A DNA stretch of 64,000 nt from Minisyncoccota bacterium (GTDB lineage: Bacteria > Patescibacteriota > Minisyncoccia > Phycocordibacterales > JABAAK01), in NCBI GenBank assembly GCA_963668425.1, contig OY764332.1:259903-323902 (forward strand), in the 5' to 3' direction. The notes beneath the pieces were generated by a model, which saw only the letters and a program-made list of their open reading frames with translations, was not told the DNA's origin and ran no database searches. A program made the position numbers and the translations under genes. Shown in pieces: positions 9,971-18,400 of the stretch. How positions within the stretch are numbered: the stretch's first letter is position 1; every line of letters starts with the position of its first letter.

Positions 9971-10693
9971 TCATGATATTATACGCAGTATTTCTTCGCT
10001 ATCACTATACACTTTAGTGTACATCTTTTTTATATAGTCATCAACATTTTGTACATTAAACTCAAACTTCTCCTGCATCGCTTCGTTTCCTTCAGAAACT
10101 GTCTTCAAGACAAAATGAATCTTGATTTTTTCTTCAAATGTATTTTTAATTTCATTCACCACCTCCCGAGAACCGATAAACTGCCTGGCAAATGATTCCT
10201 TTGGTACTACTCTTCCTTCCACTTGTTCTCGTTTTTTTACAAATTTCCACGCACTCTTCGGTTCTTGATACACAAAAAACACTTCCACCCGGCACCCTCT
10301 TTTTAAAGATCGTTCTACATTACTTCTCGCTTTCTTAAAATTTGAAAATGTTGAATCTAACACAAAGTTATACCCCTTCTTGAAAATATGATCCAAGACC
10401 TTTTCCACTCCCAAGGATGCCGCTCCGTGATATTTCTCCGCATTATTCCCCGAGTATCCAGGTAACAACGACTTAATCACATCTTGGTCAATGTGAACAA
10501 AGGAGGTGTCAGAAATCTCTTCTATCAGACGTCTCGCTGTCTCAGTCTTTCCTGCACCTGGAGAACCAGACATAAACAACGCATTCTTTGTTTTCACTGA
10601 CTCACAATCCTTGCATACTTCTTCTATAATCTGATGAGCATTCTTTTTGACCCAATCCTTCAACGATTCTTCTGCTTGTTCCATGCTATCCAT
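9971..10693 (-). CDS. Zeta-toxin-like P-loop kinase (zeta toxin / AAA_33 superfamily). The true start is likely the Met at 10693; the 10786 start overlaps a peptidase-gene remnant
   Basis: Walker A motif FMSGSPGAGKTE near the N-terminus. Size and layout typical of zeta/PezT-type UNAG kinases. No epsilon-like antitoxin ORF nearby. Confidence 0.6.
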   Translation of the reverse strand: MDSMEQAEESLKDWVKKNAHQIIEEVCKDCESVKTKNALFMSGSPGAGKTETARRLIEEISDTSFVHIDQDVIKSLLPGYSGNNAEKYHGAASLGVEKVLDHIFKKGYNFVLDSTFSNFKKARSNVERSLKRGCRVEVFFVYQEPKSAWKFVKKREQVEGRVVPKESFARQFIGSREVVNEIKNTFEEKIKIHFVLKTVSEGNEAMQEKFEFNVQNVDDYIKKMYTKVYSDSEEILRIIS

Positions 10694-10803
10694 TATCCCA
10701 TACTCCTTATAACTCTCATACCATCTCGTGATCTGAATCAAACATGCTTGAAAACGCGGCTGAGTTTTGTGCCATGCATTGGACATTACAATGGAAAAAT
10801 AGT

Positions 10804-10930
10804 GCGCAAGGAATTTGTAAAAATACCCTTATTTCATAGGATATTTTGTCAAAATTCATTCCTTGTATATTGTAATTGACAAGGAATGCTACTTACTTGT
10901 ATATCGTAATATACAAGGAATTATTTTAGG
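10804..10930. promoter_or_regulatory. Conserved divergent promoter/operator cassette with the palindrome TTCCTTGTATA-N-TGACAAGGAA; copy 1, between the zeta-like kinase gene and Fic-1
   Basis: An about 130-bp stretch near-identical to 20677..20838. It contains the inverted repeat ttccttgtatattgtaattgacaaggaa plus a degenerate second copy. Confidence 0.55.
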
Positions 10931-11006
10931 TAAGGATATATTGCACTTTACAAAAAACAGATTTACGGCATTGTTTTAGTTTATATTGCGAGTTTTTGCC
11001 TAACAT

Positions 11007-11017
11007 TGTGATATAAT
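11007..11017 (+). promoter_or_regulatory. Extended -10 promoter element TGTGATATAAT upstream of Fic-1
   Basis: TGn plus TATAAT. The same element sits upstream of Fic-2 at 21035..21045. Confidence 0.4.
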
Positions 11018-11037
11018 ATTATTATGAGAAAAACATA

Positions 11038-12177
11038 GTGGGAGAACGCATATTTGCGTTTTTGGACATAATTGGATATAATTGGACATATATACCTATA
11101 TCCATATGTATGCAAGAAGATAGATTTATTAAACGAATCCCCATCACTTCTGAGATTATGCAAAAAATCTCTCGCATTGATGCTTTTAAGGGTTTTTGGG
11201 AGGGTGGACTGCGTTTGCATCCACGTGTTTTGACACAGCTGAAGAAGTGGGTTATCATCACCTCAACAGGTGCATCAACGCGTATTGAGGGGTCAAAAAT
11301 GAGCGATGCAGACGTTACAATGTTTCTACGTGGTTTACGTGTAAAGTCACCAAAAAATAGGGATGAGCAAGAGGTTGCGGGGTATGCTGACCTTGCCGCA
11401 AGAGTATTTGACAACTATACAATATTACAACTGACAGAAGGATATATTTTGCAGTTTCATAAGATTTTATTGCAGTTCTCAAAAAAAGATCAAAAGCATT
11501 TTGGGAAGTATAAAGCATCAGACAACATTGTCATTGCCCGCACTGATGATGGTGAGGAGAAGGTTCTTTTCAGACCAACTCAACCATACTTAGTAAAAAA
11601 AGAGATGGATGATGTGCTTGAGTGGACACGATCAACGCTTGCATCTGAAACACTGCACCCTATTCTTGTTATCTGTAACTTCATTTTTGAATTTCTTGCG
11701 ATTCACCCGTTTGTAGACGGTAATGGACGACTTTCTCGTATTTTAACAAATATGCTCCTGTTGCAGGCAGGATATGCTTATGTACCGTATGTTTCTTTAG
11801 AAGAAATTATTGAAAATCATCAGGTAGCATACTATAGGTCACTACGGGAAACACAAGTCAAGCATAAAACAGGGCATGAAGATATCGCTCCGTGGGTACA
11901 CTTTATGCTTGATATACTACTTGAACAATCTGAAAAAGCACAATCTGTTATGCAATCCGAGCATCCGGAGAAAATGCTATCAGAAAGCCAAACGACTATA
12001 TATACTCTGTTCACCGCCGACGAAGAGCTTGCCATTGCTGATATTGCTATGAAACTTCGTGATACTATTCCTCGGACAACTATAAAGCAAGCTGTGTTCC
12101 GCCTTATGCGACTTAATTTGTTGGAGCGAATCGGGAGCGGGAGAGGGACGCGATACCGTCGTATTATTCAACCATAG
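11038..12177 (+). CDS. Fic family protein (AMPylation-type Fic motif HPFVDGNGRLSR) with a C-terminal winged-helix region
   Basis: Canonical HPFx[DE]GNGR motif. N-terminal IEGS region as in the Fic_N domain. GTG start at 11038. A homologous ATG at 11024 is followed by a stop after 4 codons. Confidence 0.8.
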   Translation: MGERIFAFLDIIGYNWTYIPISICMQEDRFIKRIPITSEIMQKISRIDAFKGFWEGGLRLHPRVLTQLKKWVIITSTGASTRIEGSKMSDADVTMFLRGLRVKSPKNRDEQEVAGYADLAARVFDNYTILQLTEGYILQFHKILLQFSKKDQKHFGKYKASDNIVIARTDDGEEKVLFRPTQPYLVKKEMDDVLEWTRSTLASETLHPILVICNFIFEFLAIHPFVDGNGRLSRILTNMLLLQAGYAYVPYVSLEEIIENHQVAYYRSLRETQVKHKTGHEDIAPWVHFMLDILLEQSEKAQSVMQSEHPEKMLSESQTTIYTLFTADEELAIADIAMKLRDTIPRTTIKQAVFRLMRLNLLERIGSGRGTRYRRIIQP

Positions 12178-12384
12178 CACTTCCTCTTTTTTATGGTGTT
12201 GTTGTAGTGAGATACTTAAAAAGTGTCAGCTACCGTAAGTACTGTGCGAGGAATATATGGTGTACTTTAGAGATCTTTTCTGATGTATCTTTCTATATAT
12301 GCACCTGAACTTATGTAGTTTTGCTTGTTTGTGTTTTTTTGGCGCGGTACAAAGTAAAAGTAGCGGTGAAATCAATATGTTTAT

Positions 12385-13875
12385 TTACTCAGACACTATC
12401 ACTACCCCCCTTGCCTGCGGGTTGATGTGGTCGTGGTACTGCCACTCCCCTACTTCGTTAAACCGAAACGCATACACCGCACCGGTACCCATTGCCTCAC
12501 AAGCATCAAAAATCATCGCTCGTTCATCGGTGGCACATTTCATGATATTTGATCCGGGATACTGCTTGTGTGTTGGGTGAAGATTTGCTGCAGGCCAGAA
12601 CACCTGATCTTCGTTCCTCCACATTACCACCTGCCCGGGTTGTATAGACACTGTGTTTGGTTGGAACTGTCTCTCCCGATACGTAATAACCTCCGCATCA
12701 GACCCGATAGTGTCAGGAATCATGCCTCCTCTGGGAAATGCAAAAGACACTGCGCTATCTTTTGTTGACATCTCATCATGCGTATGCTCGGTTTCATCAT
12801 GGTGCTCACCACCTTCCTCCGCACCTCCAAACAAACCAGCAAAGAACGATTTGATGCCATCAAGCAATTTCTGCAACCATGATCTTGAGACATCATGTTT
12901 CTCATCTACCATTACCTCCTCAGACAGTGCCTTGACAGCGCTGTGATGATGCTCAATGCCGGAGCGTGCGTTGCGCACTGATTGCCGACACACTTCCTCA
13001 TACACCCCTGCACCGACACACTTATCAGCAATAGGAAACGACTCGTCGCCAAATCGATGTAATAGATACTTTCCATGGTTTTTGTAGCATTTCTCACGGT
13101 ACTGCTCCTCTATTGTGTTGCACGGAGCAGATGCATCATCGTCAATGAAGCCATCACCGCCACCAGACGCAATATACTCATTCACATTCTCCATAAACAC
13201 ACCATCCCAACAATGCGATTGAAACTCCGGGGGTAATGCGTCGCACACCGCAAGCGCAGGAGCGAGTACGTGGTTGTTGCGTTTCATAAACATATGCCCC
13301 ATTTGGTGGTAGCATGCCTCTTGCTCGGCAACATCGGCATCTGTGGTAGTGACACAAATGGTTTCCGCGAAAAAATTATCTGGCTCAACACCATCAGCAG
13401 TTGAGGAGAATGCCTCAAAGAAGCCATATGCACATCCGTAGTCAAAATCATTCCCACACAACCCAAACTGGTTCTCTCTGTCTGCAAGCAGTTGCTCTCC
13501 AAGCACACGCCCTATTCTCTGAGCGAGTGCATATGCATCAACATCAAATGCTTGCACAGACACCAAGTCAGCCAATACTGCCTTTGCAAACTTTGGACCA
13601 GATCCCGCTATCGCCGCATCAACAATATCTTCCATGCATTCCTCTACCACACCACCTTCGCAAAGAGCAAGATAGCATGCCTCCTGCTCACCCGATGAGA
13701 TCACATGACAAATATTTACCTCAGATGGCAAGTTGTCATGTTTTTCATCACCATGCGCAAACACCACATTTACAGAAGAGAGCATGCCAAGCAAAAAGAG
13801 AAGAAAGGCAGTGATAACAATAGTACGTGTTGCCATGTTAGTAGCAGTATATAGTAATACAGCATTCATACACAA
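12385..13875 (-). CDS. Secreted Cys/His-rich modular protein (one M module, a His/acidic linker, and a cupredoxin-like C-terminal domain), 496 aa
   Basis: Signal peptide (MATRTIVITAFLLFLLGMLSSVNVVFAHG). The M module (ACYLALCEGG...FGLCGNDFDYGCAYGFFEAF...CYHQMGHMF...GVFMENV...PCN) is shared with the two downstream genes. The C-terminal V-x-W-x-NED...HPTH...YHDH...GVVIV follows cupredoxin spacing. Confidence 0.6.
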   Translation of the reverse strand: MCMNAVLLYTATNMATRTIVITAFLLFLLGMLSSVNVVFAHGDEKHDNLPSEVNICHVISSGEQEACYLALCEGGVVEECMEDIVDAAIAGSGPKFAKAVLADLVSVQAFDVDAYALAQRIGRVLGEQLLADRENQFGLCGNDFDYGCAYGFFEAFSSTADGVEPDNFFAETICVTTTDADVAEQEACYHQMGHMFMKRNNHVLAPALAVCDALPPEFQSHCWDGVFMENVNEYIASGGGDGFIDDDASAPCNTIEEQYREKCYKNHGKYLLHRFGDESFPIADKCVGAGVYEEVCRQSVRNARSGIEHHHSAVKALSEEVMVDEKHDVSRSWLQKLLDGIKSFFAGLFGGAEEGGEHHDETEHTHDEMSTKDSAVSFAFPRGGMIPDTIGSDAEVITYRERQFQPNTVSIQPGQVVMWRNEDQVFWPAANLHPTHKQYPGSNIMKCATDERAMIFDACEAMGTGAVYAFRFNEVGEWQYHDHINPQARGVVIVSE

Positions 13876-13931
13876 ATATTATACAGAACATTTCCTTCCT
13901 ATACCCATCTATCCATAACTCCTTCTGCACT

Positions 13932-15179
13932 TTATTCAGAAACTACCACCACACCGGTCGCCCGTGGGTTGCTATGGTCGTGATAGCGCCACCGCCCAGG
14001 TTCAGTAAAGACAAATGAATACTCAGTGCCATAGGGTAACTCTTTGCATGCATCAAAAATACTTTCCTGTTCTGCTGTCCCACATTTTTTAATATCTGAC
14101 CCAGGATATGCTGCATGAGTTGGGTGGATGTTGGATGCTGGCCAAAACGACTCTTCAGTGTCTTCATTCACCCACGTTACTTCTTGCCCGACTGCTATGT
14201 GTATAACATCTGGCATATACTCCCCTCCTTGGTAGCGTATCACTGCGTTTTCAGTCTTCTGAACGGTAGAGTAAGGTGTCTGTGTAGTACCGACATCCGT
14301 AACAGATAACGAAACAGCTTTTGGTGTTTTGCGTTCCATACATTCTGACTGATATCGATCTGGTAATGTCCGGCAGAAATCAGGTAACCCATCTGTTGAG
14401 ATAACCTCTGTCGCCTGTGTCATAAGACGATCATAACAAATTTCTTCAAAAGAAGAATCCGAAGACAGCGCGCAAAATGCGACCGCGCCCGTCTCCTGTG
14501 ATGGATCCCAAAATAAATTATTCAATGCCCCCTCCAAACACCCATTTCTACCGGGTACATACGCTATACGCATACACACCTTCCTACTTTGCACTGGATC
14601 CAGCAGCATCTGACCGGACACCGTCCGCCCCATGCTATGAAAACAAGCAAACCGAAAATGCTCCGGTGCATCAGCACACGCGATACCAACTGCATCAAAA
14701 TCACCGAGCAATCGGTGCATATGATCGGTTTGTAGCCAATAACACTCATGCTTATACTTCTCCTTTACTGCATTACACGGATAGTGTGGGTCATCATTTA
14801 GATACTGCGTATAGTGGACACCACCTTCTGCTTGCTCATCTTGCACGATACCACCGACAACATTCTCCATGAACACGCCGGAATAACAGGATTTCTGATG
14901 ATACTGTTGACGAATTAAATCACACGCCTCCAGCGCATCATATATCTTATAGTCATACCACGCCATCAGCCCATGTCCAATACCGTGAATACACTGGTGC
15001 ATATGAAACCTATTCCCTGCCTCATCACCACAGAGTGTATGCAAACTGTCAATTAAGTCAGTAGTGCCATTTGCCGCAAAAAATGCCTCAGTTGCTCCGT
15101 GTCGGCATCCAGAGTGACACTCTATCCCACAACTCTTAAACGACTCACCACCGAACAAATCATACGCCCGCCGACCCAT
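13932..15179 (-). CDS. Secreted Cys/His-rich modular protein, paralog (M module plus cupredoxin-like domain). It probably starts at about 15349 with a frame disruption near 15180-15250
   Basis: Same M-module motifs (CIHGIGHG, GVFMENV, PCN) and the same C-terminal domain (TWVNEDTEESFWPASNIHPTH...RYHDHSNPRATGVVVVSE). The ORF 15122..15349 encodes a signal-peptide-like N-terminus (MGKDVRFAVFVLAIFCGAMA) in another frame. Confidence 0.55.
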   Translation of the reverse strand: MGRRAYDLFGGESFKSCGIECHSGCRHGATEAFFAANGTTDLIDSLHTLCGDEAGNRFHMHQCIHGIGHGLMAWYDYKIYDALEACDLIRQQYHQKSCYSGVFMENVVGGIVQDEQAEGGVHYTQYLNDDPHYPCNAVKEKYKHECYWLQTDHMHRLLGDFDAVGIACADAPEHFRFACFHSMGRTVSGQMLLDPVQSRKVCMRIAYVPGRNGCLEGALNNLFWDPSQETGAVAFCALSSDSSFEEICYDRLMTQATEVISTDGLPDFCRTLPDRYQSECMERKTPKAVSLSVTDVGTTQTPYSTVQKTENAVIRYQGGEYMPDVIHIAVGQEVTWVNEDTEESFWPASNIHPTHAAYPGSDIKKCGTAEQESIFDACKELPYGTEYSFVFTEPGRWRYHDHSNPRATGVVVVSE

Positions 15180-15437
15180 CTCATGCGCTCTGTTGTGGCA
15201 ATCAATCCCCTTTGAGTATTCAAGTCAGGGGTTAGTGCTGTAGTCGGCTTCTCCTGCCACCCGTCAAAACTAAACATTGCCATAGCACCACAGAATATAG
15301 CCAACACAAAAACAGCAAAACGGACATCTTTACCCATGTGGAGCAACATACTTCACCCCAAACAGCATTACTGCCTTAGATTTGACTTATCTGCATACAG
15401 ACATCTTGATACATCCCTTTTGGTATTTGACACCTAT

Positions 15438-18400
15438 CTATTTTTTAAACATGTTGATCAGGTATCTCACTACCCTGCTGAACAGATTGAGATGATCTTC
15501 ATACTCTTCCTCATTGATACGATTCACCTCATCGGTGCTTGCAGTCCATTCAGCCACAAACGTAACACTTTCTTCACCATTATGATATGGATGCAAGCAA
15601 TCATTATAATATATCTCCGGCACCTGATTGCAAAATTTGTACAGATCTGTCTCATCTTTCACCTTACCCCCGACATTCCTCCCGATGACCTTCCAGCATC
15701 TACTCCTATATCTTTCGTTCAATTTTCCGCAAAATTCCTTTGTGTTCTCTATCCCATAATAAGTAAAATTCTGATCAATTGCCGGTTCGTAGCATCGCAT
15801 ATGATATTCTTCGCTAAATTGATTACAAATGAAAATGGTTTTGTCTATGAGGTTTCCTGAAATACTGTCATCCAACAACACATCCTGGGTACTTGCATAG
15901 ATAGACTGTGCGCCAAGGTTATATACACAGTCCTGCACATAGCCGTCTTCAACCTTGTTGCACATATCAATCATTTTTTTTAAATCCCATTGTAGTGCAT
16001 ACAACCAATACGATACTTGAGATTGATAGCAGAGTGTTTTATACCGCTCATTAAGATTGTTACATGGAGCAAAAGGGTCTTCAGTGCGAAACCCATTATC
16101 AATTTCATCATTTGTTTTCCTGCCTTGTGCACCACTTACATTTTCCATAAATACTCCACTATAGCAATCCCATTTTCGATGCTCCCTCTCCAACAAATCA
16201 CACTGTTCTAATGGCTTATACAGTCCATAACTGTAATTCATTACCAATGCGTGACCTGATCCGTGATAGCATGCAGTTTTTGCATATGGTGGAGTGTCCG
16301 GCATATTACTACAGGTATTTTCTATGAACTCGGCGGGGCTAGGAACAACAGCAAGACCGGCTTCAAAAAATCCATGATGGCAACCGTAGTCAAAATCAAT
16401 TGGACACTTGAGAAATGCTTCTCCGGTTAACCCAAATTTCTCTCCTGTTGATCTTCCTATAGTGTGTGTTATTTGATGTGCAGATGACGGCTCAAACAAA
16501 AACTCTCCCTCCCATGTCATGTCATGTAGTGCCCTGATGGACTCTTTCGGACCTGATCCAAAAACTAGTTGGGTAACAATTTCTTCTGCACAGAGATATC
16601 CTGGCTCATATTCACACAACGATGCGTAGCAACCTGCTCTCCCCACATCCAAAGCTGCACACTCCTGCGCACTATCAAATAAATTTTTGTTAAACTTTTC
16701 TTCCTGCAGGTGTTGCTGCCAATCCTGTGCAGATGCCGGTAAAGTAACTGCGCTTACCGCACTCTTAACTGCATCTAAAATACTTTGTGTGATTTTTTTA
16801 AATAAAGAAACCAGGTTTCTCTCCTTCTCTATTTTTGTTACTGGTAATTCTCCATATACATCTTCACCATGCTGAATATCTGCACTTACGTTATTATCAA
16901 GTCGATATCCAAACAAACATTCATTTCTATACTCATCCGGCACATCTACACACTTTTCTGTTTTCTCCTCTTCATGCACAACCATATCCTGTAACCTTCT
17001 ACCCATCTCTCGATAACAATTTCGTTCATACTTTTTATCAATTTTTACACAAAACTCAGATGTTTTTTTTGCTCCGTAGAATATGAAGGTTTGATTTATT
17101 GCCCAGAGATAACATGTCTCACGGTACTTTTCTGGAAAATGATTGCATAGATATATTGTTTTATCTATAAAGTTTCCTTCTATGTGTGGCATCAGTTTTT
17201 CTTGAATCTCTTTATACATCCCATACCCTCCAACGCCATGTGCACATGATTCTGCCTCTTCACCGGCGTCTAGACATGTATCAACGACACCTTGAATATC
17301 ATAGTCAAAATACCATGCTAAATATGGCAAATGTGTTTCATAACATACATCTCGATATCCGTACCCCTCTCCATCCTCCACCAATGTGTCGCATGGAGCG
17401 TGTGGATTATTTTCATCAAAACTGTTATTTTCTGTATATATCTCTTGTATCCTTCCTGATACAAAAGCGTCTACGTTTTCCATGGTCACGCCGGAGAAAC
17501 ATGTAAATGGCTGTGGTAACGCCTTGCAAATATCCAGTGCCTCATAGAGATCATAGCTTGTGTTCATGAGTATGCCGTGACCAGCACCATGATAACAATT
17601 CACCTTATCAAGTGACGGCTGATCGGGCAAGGTTTCACATATCTGTTTTACTGCCTCAGCAGGTGATTGTGCCTCTACAAGCGCAACCTCAAGAAACCCA
17701 TGGTGGCAACCTGAATCAAATGATGTTGGACATCTCAGAAATGCTTCTCCTGAACCATTGAACCTTTTTGCTGTTTTTCTCCCAACAACATGTGCAAGTC
17801 CATGCCCCTCATCTGCCGAAGAGAATGAAAAGGGGGTTGATGGTATAATTTCTCTGAGTATCTGCATACCTAACTCCGGACCATTGTGTTCAACTGCTGT
17901 TTCTACTATTTTCTCTGCACACAAATATCCAGGTTCATATTCACACAGAGAAGCGTAGCATTCCGCACGACCATCCTGCTGGTTGATGCACCGCTCAATT
18001 GCGAAAAAACTGGTATCAGGTGCATCAACAGAATCCTTGACACTTTGTGCAGAAACAGGTCCAGCAAATAGAGCGGAGAGGTTTCTGAAAAGGGTAACAA
18101 AAAAATCTTTAACCTTTATGAGTAAGTAGTCATTCTGATCAACATCATCTGCCATCGCCTTATTTACAGCAGTGGTGGCACTTTCCTCAAAATCTGAAAT
18201 AACAACCTCAGCATGCCTTGTATACGGATCTAAACAATCCTGCTGATATATGGTAGGGATCTCGGCACATGCTGACTGTTTCACCTCCTCACTCCCTAAA
18301 TGATTTAAATATGAGCCGGCTTGTTTGAAACATGCTGCTCTGTGTCTCATTTCAATGCTACCACAAAACGTGCTAACTCGATGCATGGAGGGGTAATCAA

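Noticed and set aside
10634-10879. 81-aa plus-strand ORF
   Set aside because: Antisense to the 5' end of the zeta-like kinase gene and running into the operator cassette. Not supported.
11022-11414. 130-aa minus-strand ORF and other antisense ORFs within the Fic-1 gene
   Set aside because: Antisense to a confidently identified Fic gene, with no features.
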